This document shows positions 10,382 through 19,940 of a DNA stretch of 64,000 bases, one piece after another (positions within the stretch are counted from its first letter, which is position 1; each line of letters begins with the position of its first letter). The notes under the pieces were generated by a model that saw only the letters and a program-made list of their open reading frames with translations, had not been told where the DNA came from and ran no database searches. The DNA is from Caulobacteraceae bacterium (GTDB lineage: Bacteria; Pseudomonadota; Alphaproteobacteria; Caulobacterales; Caulobacteraceae), in NCBI GenBank assembly GCA_046349475.1, contig JAXMCG010000021.1, positions 40-64,039 on the forward strand, read 5' to 3'. The position numbers and the translations under genes are program-made.

Positions 10382-10858
10382 TCAGCCTCGCCAGTGCAGG
10401 GCGCAGATCAGCGTGAAGAGCCGCCGCGCTGTGTCGAGGTCGGTTTCCACCTTGCCGGCCAGTCGCGCCTGCAGGGTCGCCGAGCCTTCGTTGTGCAGGG
10501 CCCGGCGGCCCATATCCAAGGCCTCGATCTGTTGCGGCGTCGAGTTGCGGATCGCCTGATAGTAGCTCTCACAGACCATGAAGTAGTCCTTGATCACTGT
10601 GCGCAAGGGCGACAGGGAGAGCAGATGCCGGCGCTCATAGTTGGGCCCCGAAATGTCCAGGGCGAGGCGGTTCTCGATCAGGGCGATTTTCAGATCATAG
10701 GGCCCGCCCTCCGCCCCTTCTGGCGCGAAGCTGTTGTCTTCGATCAGGTCAAAGATGGCGATCTGCCTCTCCTGCTCCTGGTCACGCGAAGCCGCGCCCA
10801 GCGATTCCTCGTCCAGGACCACGGATTGCAGACGTTGGTTGGCAGGGTCGGCGGACAT
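10382..10858 (-). CDS. UPF0262-family protein
   Basis: 158 aa. The position between hisD and the LMW-PTP and the motifs ([24 protein letters not shown]) match my recollection of alphaproteobacterial UPF0262. Confidence 0.75.
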   Translation of the reverse strand: MSADPANQRLQSVVLDEESLGAASRDQEQERQIAIFDLIEDNSFAPEGAEGGPYDLKIALIENRLALDISGPNYERRHLLSLSPLRTVIKDYFMVCESYYQAIRNSTPQQIEALDMGRRALHNEGSATLQARLAGKVETDLDTARRLFTLICALHWRG

Positions 10859-10935
10859 CAGTCCCGTAAGGTGGGGCGGCGGATTCTTTGGCGCAATCTA
10901 GCGTCGCGCGCGGCCGATGTCCCGTCACGGAAAGC

Positions 10936-12225
10936 CTAGTTTCGACGGATACTCACCGAACGTGCATGGGCGGGCAGGCCTTCCGCCCCTGCCAGCGCCT
11001 CGGTGGCGCCTGCCAGGCGGCCGAATGCCTCGGCGTCCAGCCTGATGATCGAGCTGCGCTTGATGAAGTCATAGATCGAGAGGCCTGAAGAGAAGCGCGC
11101 CGCGCGGCTGGTCGGCAGGACGTGGTTGGAGCCCGCCACATAGTCGCCGATGGCCTCCGGCGCATGACGGCCGAGGAAGATCGCCCCGGCATGGCGCACC
11201 TGGTCGGCCAGGCGTTCCGGCGCCTCTACCGAGAATTCCACGTGTTCGGGGGCGAGGCTGTTCACCAGGCCCGGGGACGCTTCCAGAGGGGCCAGGATGA
11301 TCGCCCCGTGATCGCGCCAGGACGCCGCTGCATCCTCACCCGTCGACAGTGTCTTCAATTGCCGCTCGATCGCGCCCTCCACCGCTGTGGCGAAAGCCTC
11401 GTCGTCCGTGATCAGGATCGACTGCGCAGCCGGGTCGTGTTCCGCCTGGGAGAGCAGATCCGCGGCGATCCAGTCCGGATCGCTCAGGCCATCCGATACC
11501 ACTACGATCTCCGACGGCCCGGCCAGGGCGTCGATGCCAACGGTCCCATAGACCTGCCGCTTGGCCGTGGTCACGAAGTCGCTGCCCGGCCCGACGATCT
11601 TGTCCACCGGTCGGATCGGCCCGGCGCCATAGGCCAGGGCCGCCACGGCCTGGGCGCCGCCCACGCGCCAGATCTCCGTCACGCCCGCGATTTTCGCCGC
11701 CGCCAGCACGGCGGGCTCCAGCCGTCCGGGCGGGGTCACCATGGCGATCCGCTCAACCCCAGCCGCCGCCGCCGGCACGGCGTTCATCAGCACCGTTGAG
11801 GGATAGGCCGCCCGTCCGCCAGGCACGTAGATCCCCACGGCCTCCAGCGGTGTCCAGCGCCAGCCTAGACCGACCCCCGCCTCATCAGTCCAGCTCTGGT
11901 CGGCAGGCTTCTGGCGTTCGTGATAGGTGCGGATGCGGCTGGCCGCGAACCGGATCGCCTCGCGCACGTCCTCCGGGCAGGCCGCATAGCCGGCCTCGAT
12001 CTCAGCCTCCGTCACACGGATATTGGCCTCGGTCACCGGCGTCTTGTCGAACCGGGCGCTGAGCTCTAGCAGCGCGCTCAGGCCCTCGGACCGTACCCGC
12101 GCGATCACCTCCCGCACGACCTCGTCCACCGCCGCCGGCGTCTCGCGGCGTTCGTGCACGAAGGCCTCGAAGGCCTGGGCGAACCCTGGATCGGAATGGC
12201 GGAACAGGCGCATGGGCGCCTTCAA
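10936..12225 (-). CDS. hisD: histidinol dehydrogenase
   Basis: 429 aa with GIYVPGGRAAYPSTVLM, GPSEIVVV..., QAEHDP and GDYVAGSNHVLPT motifs. Confidence 0.97.
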   Translation of the reverse strand: MKAPMRLFRHSDPGFAQAFEAFVHERRETPAAVDEVVREVIARVRSEGLSALLELSARFDKTPVTEANIRVTEAEIEAGYAACPEDVREAIRFAASRIRTYHERQKPADQSWTDEAGVGLGWRWTPLEAVGIYVPGGRAAYPSTVLMNAVPAAAAGVERIAMVTPPGRLEPAVLAAAKIAGVTEIWRVGGAQAVAALAYGAGPIRPVDKIVGPGSDFVTTAKRQVYGTVGIDALAGPSEIVVVSDGLSDPDWIAADLLSQAEHDPAAQSILITDDEAFATAVEGAIERQLKTLSTGEDAAASWRDHGAIILAPLEASPGLVNSLAPEHVEFSVEAPERLADQVRHAGAIFLGRHAPEAIGDYVAGSNHVLPTSRAARFSSGLSIYDFIKRSSIIRLDAEAFGRLAGATEALAGAEGLPAHARSVSIRRN

Positions 12226-12255
12226 GCGGGGGCGGAGCGCAAACTCAAGGGAATT

Positions 12256-12678
12256 CTATGCGCCCATGTGCCCTGGGCGGTGCGGCGTACGCCAGGGCTG
12301 CGAGACATCCGCCAGGGCGGCGTCGACACATTCCACGGTCACGGCGATGTCCCCGCCACCGGAGAAAGCCAGCGTGATCACCCCGCCCGGCGCCTCACCC
12401 GGCTCGAAGCTGACGGTCAGCAGGGAGATCACGGCATCCTTCAGGTCGCGGCGGATATTGCGCGCCTTGACGGCCATCACCCCGCCCAGTTGCAGCCCGC
12501 AACGCACGCGACCGCCCTCGGCCTCCCAGCGGTAGCGGTTGAACGCCACGGTCAGCATCCGGCCCCTGCCATCCACCTGGATATCTCCGACCTTGGCCAC
12601 GGCGTCCTGCAGCGCCGCCGCGATCACGGCGAGATCGTCGGCGTCCTGCGCCAGCAGCCGGAGTGGCGCCTCGGCCAC
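12256..12678 (-). CDS. DUF2948-family protein
   Basis: 140 aa with LRLLAQDADDLAVIAAALQDAV...NRYRWE. It holds the conserved position between hisD and murA in alphaproteobacteria. Confidence 0.7.
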   Translation of the reverse strand: MAEAPLRLLAQDADDLAVIAAALQDAVAKVGDIQVDGRGRMLTVAFNRYRWEAEGGRVRCGLQLGGVMAVKARNIRRDLKDAVISLLTVSFEPGEAPGGVITLAFSGGGDIAVTVECVDAALADVSQPWRTPHRPGHMGA

Positions 12679-12681
12679 GGC

Positions 12682-13977
<1,296 letters not shown>

Positions 13978-14011
13978 GCCTACCCCTTTGCCAGGCTCTT
14001 CAGACGCGTCT

Positions 14012-14127
14012 TAGAGCTTGATGACTTCAGATGGAATCCATCTGAAGTCTGAATCAAGCTCGTCAACTTAGGAGTCGAGAGCACGATTCAGCGTCGCGCC
14101 GGTTCGGCCACTCCGCGTCGTGCTCTA
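14012..14127. repeat. 116-nt composite double-hairpin intergenic repeat (copy 1)
   Basis: Bounded by TAGAGC...GCTCTA. Hairpin A has outer arms GAGCTTGAT/ATCAAGCTC and inner stem CTTCAGATGG/CCATCTGAAG. Linker CTTAGGAGTC leads to hairpin D (GAGCACGAT...TCGTGCTC), whose inner stem is degenerate. A same-length copy sits at 26031..26146. Confidence 0.8.
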
Positions 14128-14161
14128 GCGCAAGGCGCGGCGGACGCAAGGTGAGCCCGCG

Positions 14162-14305
14162 TCAGTCCACAGGTTCCGGCCCTATCGGCTTTGCCCCTGC
14201 CCCGCTCGCCGCCTTGCGCCGCCGCAGATTCGTCCGCAGGGCCTCGGCCAGACGCTTCTCGCGCTCGACCTTGACACGTTCGGCTTCAGTGGGCGGCTTT
14301 TCCAT
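14162..14305 (-). CDS. possible small basic protein (47 aa)
   Basis: Hand-translated as MEKPPTEAERVKVEREKRLAEALRTNLRRRKAASGAGAKPIGPEPVD*. It is below the ORF-track size cut-off. Composition is plausible, but the RBS is weak and GC3 is only about 74%. Confidence 0.35.
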   Translation of the reverse strand: MEKPPTEAERVKVEREKRLAEALRTNLRRRKAASGAGAKPIGPEPVD

Positions 14306-14357
14306 CACGGGAAGTGTAGCCGAGCCCACCGCGAAAGGGTCAAGCCGGTTTTCCCCC

Positions 14358-14386
14358 TTGGCCGATCCGTCCGGGTTCGCTATAGC
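14358..14386 (+). promoter_or_regulatory. candidate housekeeping-sigma promoter for tRNA-Thr
   Basis: TTGGCCG-N14-GCTATAGC resembles the Caulobacter-type consensus TTGACGS-N10-14-GCTANAWC. It ends 17 nt before the tRNA. Confidence 0.4.
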
Positions 14387-14402
14387 CCGCGCCTCTTCAG
14401 TT

Positions 14403-14477
<75 letters not shown>

Positions 14478-14695
14478 CTGAAGTTTCAGGCCCATTGTCG
14501 ATGCGACACACTGGCTCCCACGCGGCGGCTAAGGTTCTCGCCTTCGCCGTTCACCACGCCTTCCGATCCACGACAACCTCGTCGCGAAGTTGCAACGGGG
14601 CGCACTACCTCTGCTCTGCGTGACAATCCGCCCCCTGTCGTTCACGCGTCCGTCAAGGCACACCCTCCCCCGCAATTCGGCGCCAGGAGGCCCGC

Positions 14696-15175
14696 TTGGA
14701 CGGATCATCATCTTTTGTCGGCAATAGCGACTTTCGGCCCGAAGTGTTCTTCGTCGGCCGGACGGAAGGCGCGGCTGTTCTGAAGGGTGCGTTCGGCCAG
14801 ATCCGGCGGCGGTGCTCCATCGTTACCGAGGGCGACTGGAACTTCGCCAAGCACAGCCTCGAGTTCCGTGAGACTTTCATCTACGACAACGGTGCGATCG
14901 ACACTTGGCTTTGGGCCACCCAGATCGGCGCCAATGGGACATATGTCTCCGCTGAGGCCCTGGCGGGTCCGGGCGTCGTCGGCCGGCGCCTCAAGGGCGA
15001 CTATGTGCTCAGCTTCAAGCGGCCGTGCGGTGCGTTCAAGGGGCTGTTCACGCCGCATTTCGTCATCCGTTTCACGCCCTTGGATAGCCAAACGGTGCTC
15101 ATGGCGGCGCGCTTCAGCCTGTTCGGCGTGCCGATCGGTTCAATGACCGGCATCCACCGCCGCGTCGCGCCCTGA
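14696..15175 (+). CDS. DUF3833-family protein (no signal peptide in this copy)
   Basis: TTG start 5 nt after AGGAGG. FRPEVFFVGRTEG...FGQIRRR..V..EGDW....L.F.E.F.YDNG resembles DUF3833 as I recall it. Confidence 0.6.
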   Translation: MDGSSSFVGNSDFRPEVFFVGRTEGAAVLKGAFGQIRRRCSIVTEGDWNFAKHSLEFRETFIYDNGAIDTWLWATQIGANGTYVSAEALAGPGVVGRRLKGDYVLSFKRPCGAFKGLFTPHFVIRFTPLDSQTVLMAARFSLFGVPIGSMTGIHRRVAP

Positions 15176-15176
15176 G

Positions 15177-16694
15177 CTAGACCCCGCGCGGGCGCTTCGG
15201 CTGGCCATGCAGCTCGTCACCCGCGTTGGCCGGCAGAGGCAGAAAGAACAGCAGCGAAATCAAGGTGGCGACCCCGACACCGATGAAGGCCGGGGCGATC
15301 GCCTGCGCGGTCGGCTCGTGCGCGCCCTGAGCCGACATGGTGACATGCAGCATGGCGGCGGCCAACGAAATGCCGATCGTCTGGGACAACTGCTGGCCCA
15401 TGGTGGACATGGAGGACGCCCGGCTCATCTGCCGCTGCTCCACATCGGCGAAGGCGAGGCCGTTCAGGCTGGTGAACTGCAAGGAACGGAAGAAGCCCCC
15501 GATAACCAGGATGCCGATGATCAGGGCGTGCGGCGTGGTCGGCGTGAAGAGGGCATAGGCCATGAAGCTCACAGCCACGATCACCGTATTGACGCTGAGC
15601 ACCCGCTTGAACCCGAACCGCGCGAGGATTGGCGGCGCCACGGTCTTCATGGCGAGGGCCGCCGCGGCGCTGGCGAAGGTCATCAGGCCGGCTTGGAAGG
15701 CCGAGAGATGAAAGGCCTTCTGCAGCAGCAGGGCCAGCAGGAACGGCGTCGCCCCCATGCCCATGCGCATGAACGCCCCGCCCACCACCGAGGCGTTAAA
15801 GGTCTGGAGTTTCAGCAGTGAAAGATCCAGCACGGCATGGGGCGTGCGGTTCGAGTGAAAGCCGTAGATGCCCAGGAAGGCCAGGCCAACAGTCAACGGC
15901 CCCACCACGGCCAGCCAGCGAATCTGCTCGCCGCGCACCGATTCCAGCCCGAACATCGCCGCCGCCAGACCGACCCCCACCAGAATGCAGCCGATCCAGT
16001 CGAGGCGCGGCGGAACCTCCTCCTTCACCTCCTTGATGAAGCGGGTCACCAGGAACACGCCGGCGATGGCGATCGGCACATTCAGGAAGAAGATCCAGCG
16101 CCAGTCGCCAAAGGTGACGATGGCCCCACCCAACAGCGGCCCGATCACCGGTCCAAGCATCGACGGCATGGTCAGCACGCTCATCGCCTGCACCAGGTCG
16201 TGCTTGGGCGTCGAACGCAGCAGGATCAGCCGGCCCACCGGCATCATCATCGCCCCGGCCATACCCTGAAAAAAGCGGGCGATGATCAGGTGCGTCAGGT
16301 TCTGGGCGAAGCCGCAGAGGGCGCTGGAGGCGGCGAAGATGATGATTGCCGTGGTGAACACCCTTTTCGCGCCAAAGCGGTCCGCCGCCCAAGCGCTCAC
16401 CGGCAGAAACACCGCCGAGGCCAGCATGTAGGTGGTGATCGCCAGGGACAGGGTCACCGCGCTCTGATGCAGGTCGACCGCCATGCGCGGCAGGGCGTTG
16501 GTGAGCACCGTGGCGTTCAGCGTCTGCATCAACATCGATGAGCCGATGATCAGAGGCACCACGGACGAGAAAGGCTTCACGTCCGGCTCGGGGGCCAGGG
16601 TGGCGGCCACGGGTTCGCCGGTCATGGCGGCCGCCGCATCGGATTCTGCCTGGCGCCGCTCGGCCATCGGGGCGTTGGAGAGCACTTCGGTCAT
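15177..16694 (-). CDS. MFS transporter, DHA2 (EmrB/QacA-like, 14-TMS) family
   Basis: 505 aa and polytopic, with MFS motif A-like AWAADRFGAKRVF. Shares an ATGA overlap with the upstream MarR gene. Confidence 0.88.
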   Translation of the reverse strand: MTEVLSNAPMAERRQAESDAAAAMTGEPVAATLAPEPDVKPFSSVVPLIIGSSMLMQTLNATVLTNALPRMAVDLHQSAVTLSLAITTYMLASAVFLPVSAWAADRFGAKRVFTTAIIIFAASSALCGFAQNLTHLIIARFFQGMAGAMMMPVGRLILLRSTPKHDLVQAMSVLTMPSMLGPVIGPLLGGAIVTFGDWRWIFFLNVPIAIAGVFLVTRFIKEVKEEVPPRLDWIGCILVGVGLAAAMFGLESVRGEQIRWLAVVGPLTVGLAFLGIYGFHSNRTPHAVLDLSLLKLQTFNASVVGGAFMRMGMGATPFLLALLLQKAFHLSAFQAGLMTFASAAAALAMKTVAPPILARFGFKRVLSVNTVIVAVSFMAYALFTPTTPHALIIGILVIGGFFRSLQFTSLNGLAFADVEQRQMSRASSMSTMGQQLSQTIGISLAAAMLHVTMSAQGAHEPTAQAIAPAFIGVGVATLISLLFFLPLPANAGDELHGQPKRPRGV

Positions 16695-17137
16695 GTGCGG
16701 TCCCCCGCCAGGCCGTTCAGCGCCGGCAGGGCCGCCGTCAGGGCCGCCCGCGCCTCGGGGCTCAGCCCCGCCAGCCGCGCCGCCAGCCAGTCATTCCTCT
16801 GCCGCCGGATCGCTTCCATGGCCTTCTGGCCCTTTGGCGTCAGGGTCAGGCCCACCCGCCGGCGGTCGTCGCAATCCGACCCCGTCTTGGCCACCCAGCC
16901 GGCCGTCTCCAGGCGCTTCACATGGCTCGACATCGAGGGCTTGGCCATCTGTTCCAGCTCGGCCAGGTCCGAGAGCCCTATGCCGGGGTTCTTCTTGATG
17001 GCGTTGAGCAGCTGCGCATCCAGCGCCGAGGCGCCCGCCCTCTGGGCCTCACGCCGCAACTGCCGGGACACCCGTAACAGGGCCGGACGAAGGTTTTCGG
17101 CCAGATCCAGCAGTCCAGGGTCGGAGGTGGTCACCAA
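16691..17137 (-). CDS. MarR-family transcriptional regulator
   Basis: 148 aa with a winged HTH (LSDLAELEQMAKPSMSSHVKRLETAGWVAK...DDRRRVGLTLTPKG). Confidence 0.9.
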   Translation of the reverse strand: MVTTSDPGLLDLAENLRPALLRVSRQLRREAQRAGASALDAQLLNAIKKNPGIGLSDLAELEQMAKPSMSSHVKRLETAGWVAKTGSDCDDRRRVGLTLTPKGQKAMEAIRRQRNDWLAARLAGLSPEARAALTAALPALNGLAGDRT

Positions 17138-17147
17138 GACACTCTAT

Positions 17148-17168
17148 ATAGTTAGGTCGCCTAACTAT
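17148..17168. promoter_or_regulatory. perfect 9-3-9 palindrome, candidate MarR operator
   Basis: ATAGTTAGG-TCG-CCTAACTAT lies 11-31 nt upstream of the MarR start codon. Confidence 0.55.
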
Positions 17169-17235
17169 CCATTTGCGCCGCGCCGTCCATTGCGTCAAGC
17201 GTGACGGTCCGCCGCGCCCATGAGATAAGCCGCAT

Positions 17236-17796
17236 ATGTCCCTGGATCCGCCCAATGACTCCCCGGTGATCGTCCAGTTGGACGCCCGCCCGATCAATTC
17301 GACAATCCATCTGGCTGACTACGATCCCCGATGGCCGGCGTGGTACGCCAAGGAAGAGGCCAAACTCACCCGCGCCCTGGAAGGCCTCGACCACACCCTC
17401 TGGCATGTTGGCTCTACCTCCGTGCCGGGCCTCGCAGCCAAGCCACTCATCGATATTCTGCTCGCCGTGCCGGACGCCGCCCGGGAGGCGGACTATGTCG
17501 ACCGCATCGAATCCACCGGCTACCGGCTGCACCTGCGCGAGCCGAATTGGCATGAGCACCGCCTCTTCAAGGGGCCGCGCCCGCCGGTGAACCTGCATGT
17601 CTTTTCGGCGGGCTCTTCGGAGATCACCCGCATGCTCGCCTTCCGCGACCGGGTGCGCGCCCACGATGACGAGCGCGCCCTCTATGAGGCCGAGAAGCGC
17701 CGCCTCGCCGCCCAGGTCTGGGCCAGGACACAGGATTATGCCGACGCGAAATCCACAGTCGTGGAAGCCATCATCGCTCGGGCGCTAGCGGGTTAG
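17236..17796 (+). CDS. GrpB-family protein
   Basis: HVGSTSVPGLAAKPLIDILLAV and LAFRDRVRAHDDERALYEAEKRRLA are typical GrpB motifs. Confidence 0.85.
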   Translation: MSLDPPNDSPVIVQLDARPINSTIHLADYDPRWPAWYAKEEAKLTRALEGLDHTLWHVGSTSVPGLAAKPLIDILLAVPDAAREADYVDRIESTGYRLHLREPNWHEHRLFKGPRPPVNLHVFSAGSSEITRMLAFRDRVRAHDDERALYEAEKRRLAAQVWARTQDYADAKSTVVEAIIARALAG

Positions 17797-18794
17797 GGCC
17801 CCGCCGTGAGCACGGCGCCGCTCGTCAACGCCGTCTTGCGCGCCAGGTCGGCCTTCGCCGCCTCGTATTCCGCCGCCAGACGATCCACCAGTTCGGCTGT
17901 AGAGACCACGGCTTTCACGGAGCCGATGCCCTGGCCGCCGCCATAGATGTCGGTCCAGACGCGGACCTTCTGGTTGCCGCCGGAATTGAAGTTCATCTTC
18001 GACTTGTCGCCCTTGGGCAGGTCGTTCGGGTCCAGCCCCGCCCGCACCACGGACGGCGACAGATAGTTGCCGTGCACGCCCGAGAAGAGGTCCGAATAGA
18101 CCACGTCGTCCGCGCCATATTCGACGATCATGTTCTTGTAGTCGTCCTTCGAGCGCGCCTCGGTGGTGGCGATGAAGGCCGTGCCGATATAGGCGAGGTC
18201 CGCCCCCATGGCCTGCGCCCCCAAGATCGCCGCCCCGTGTCCCATGGCCCCGGAGAGGGCGATCGGCCCGTCGAACCATTCGCGCAGTTCGCCGACGATG
18301 GCGAACGGGCTCTGCTTGCCGGCATGGCCCCCGGCCCCCGCCGCCACGGGGATCAGGCCATCGGCCCCCTTCTCCACGGCCTTGTGTGCAAAGGTCTGGT
18401 TGATCACGTCATGGAACGTCACCCCGCCCCATGAGTGCACGGCCTGGTTCACCTCCGGCACGGCGCCCAGGGAGGTGATCACCACCTTCGGCTTCCACTT
18501 CTCGATCACCTGCATGTCGTGCTCGAGGCGGTTGTTGGTCTTGTGGACAATCTGGTTCACCGCATAGGGCGCGCTCGGCCGGTCGGGATTGGCCTTGTCC
18601 CAGGCCGCCAGCTCCTCGGTGATCTGGTGCAGCCACTCGTCCAGCACCGGTTCAGGCCGGGCGTTGAGCGCCGGGAACGAGCCGACAATGCCCGCCTTAC
18701 ACTGGGCAATCACCAGCTCCGGGCCGGAGATCGTGAACAGGGGCGATCCGATCACCGGCAGACGCAGATGTTTGAGAGCTTCAGGCAGGGCCAT
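17793..18794 (-). CDS. nitronate monooxygenase (NMO / 2-nitropropane dioxygenase family)
   Basis: 333 aa, TIM-barrel FMN enzyme pattern (PVIGSPLFTISGPELV, GADGLIPVAAGAGGHAG). Confidence 0.85.
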   Translation of the reverse strand: MALPEALKHLRLPVIGSPLFTISGPELVIAQCKAGIVGSFPALNARPEPVLDEWLHQITEELAAWDKANPDRPSAPYAVNQIVHKTNNRLEHDMQVIEKWKPKVVITSLGAVPEVNQAVHSWGGVTFHDVINQTFAHKAVEKGADGLIPVAAGAGGHAGKQSPFAIVGELREWFDGPIALSGAMGHGAAILGAQAMGADLAYIGTAFIATTEARSKDDYKNMIVEYGADDVVYSDLFSGVHGNYLSPSVVRAGLDPNDLPKGDKSKMNFNSGGNQKVRVWTDIYGGGQGIGSVKAVVSTAELVDRLAAEYEAAKADLARKTALTSGAVLTAGP

Positions 18795-18893
18795 GGCGTG
18801 TCCGTTCCCTTAGGGAATATTTACGCCGTATATTTATGACCGGTTTTCACTGAAGCGCAAGAGGAAGGGAGCGACCGTGCGCTTTTCCTTTGT

Positions 18894-19020
18894 CCGCTCA
18901 TCCCGGCGAAAGCCGGGACCCAGGCTTTTTTGGTTTGGCTATGAGATCCTGACACAAACATCGCAGCTGACCCACCGGGCTGGAAAACACCTGGGTCCCG
19001 GCTTTCGCCGGGATGAGCGG
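18894..19020. repeat. MITE/REP-like element: perfect 31-bp terminal inverted repeats around a 65-nt core
   Basis: CCGCTCATCCCGGCGAAAGCCGGGACCCAGG (18894-18924) is the exact reverse complement of 18990-19020. Each arm also contains its own CCCGGC-GAAA-GCCGGG hairpin. Confidence 0.8.
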
Positions 19021-19025
19021 ATAGA

Positions 19026-19337
19026 TCAGGGGGTATCCAACAACGCCTTGAGAGCGCCCCGGTCGCCACCGAACAAGCGGTCAACCAGGGCCTGAACCTC
19101 CCCCGCCACATACGCCTCCCGCGTCAGTTGGGGGTGATAAAGCTGGCGGCCTTCCGAGCGCTCTGAGGTCACTAGGTCCTTGTGCATCAGCCGGGACAAC
19201 AGGGTCTTGATGGTGGCCGAGGCCCAGGTCTGGCGTTCCTGCACCTCTTCGATCAGGCTCACGAAGGGCAGAGGCCCCCGCCGCCAGAGGGCGGCGAGAA
19301 TCTCGCTTTCGGCCTCGGTGATATGGGCCTTTTCCAC
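19026..19337 (-). CDS. BlaI/MecI/CopY-family transcriptional repressor
   Basis: 103 aa with AESEILAALWRRGPL...TIKTLLSRLMHKDLV. The GTG start immediately follows the upstream stop. Confidence 0.85.
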   Translation of the reverse strand: MEKAHITEAESEILAALWRRGPLPFVSLIEEVQERQTWASATIKTLLSRLMHKDLVTSERSEGRQLYHPQLTREAYVAGEVQALVDRLFGGDRGALKALLDTP

Positions 19338-19811
19338 TTATGCCCCCCGCAGAACAGCGCGGTCGATGCGCGCTTCCACCGACCAGTTGGCGATCACCGC
19401 CACAACGCCGCAGAAGATCCCGAGCAGAAGGGTGAAGGCCATCTCAGCGAAGCCGTGCGCCAGCACCTGGATGGACGGCGTCTGGGCCATATTGGCCAGG
19501 CCCAGGCACGAATTGAGCAACCCGTAGCCGGCCCCGAACGCCCCGAGCAGGGGGCCGCCTGCCCGCAAGCTGGAGAGGAAGGCCGATCCCCCCGCCACGC
19601 GCGGCCCTTCCCGGCCTTTCAGCACGGCGATGACGATGGCGGCGATGGTCAGGCCGATCAGCAGCAGCATCACGAACTGCACCGGGATCGCCGCGTGGGC
19701 GAAAACGCCTCCCACGGTCAGCGGTTCGGCATGAGCCGCGGCGGGCGCGGCGATGAAAGCGGCCAGAAGAGCAGCCTTGGCGGCGGCGGGCCGGATAAGC
19801 GACTTGGACAT
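19338..19811 (-). CDS. small 3-TM membrane protein, minimal MotA/TolQ/ExbB-like
   Basis: 157 aa with a signal-like N-terminus and TM helices IPVQFVMLLLIGLTIAAIVIAVL, GGPLLGAFGAGYGLL (ExbB GLLGTV-like) and MAFTLLLGIFCGVVAVIANW. The family call is tentative. Confidence 0.5.
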   Translation of the reverse strand: MSKSLIRPAAAKAALLAAFIAAPAAAHAEPLTVGGVFAHAAIPVQFVMLLLIGLTIAAIVIAVLKGREGPRVAGGSAFLSSLRAGGPLLGAFGAGYGLLNSCLGLANMAQTPSIQVLAHGFAEMAFTLLLGIFCGVVAVIANWSVEARIDRAVLRGA

Positions 19812-19827
19812 GAGCGTTTCCCCGATT

Positions 19828-19866
19828 GACTACAATTGTAAACTGATACGACTACGAGCGTAAACT
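19828..19866. promoter_or_regulatory. two tandem BlaI/CopY-type operator boxes
   Basis: GACTACAATTGTAAACT (19828-19844) and GACTACGAGCGTAAACT (19850-19866). The first contains a perfect TACA-AT-TGTA. Spacing is 22 bp, 17 nt upstream of the 19811 start. Confidence 0.6.
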
Positions 19867-19940
19867 TGTGTCAAGTCCGAAATGTTCAGGCGTCCCAACG
19901 GCCTTGACGCGCCTAGCGTAAAGGTCTGCAACCAGCACCC

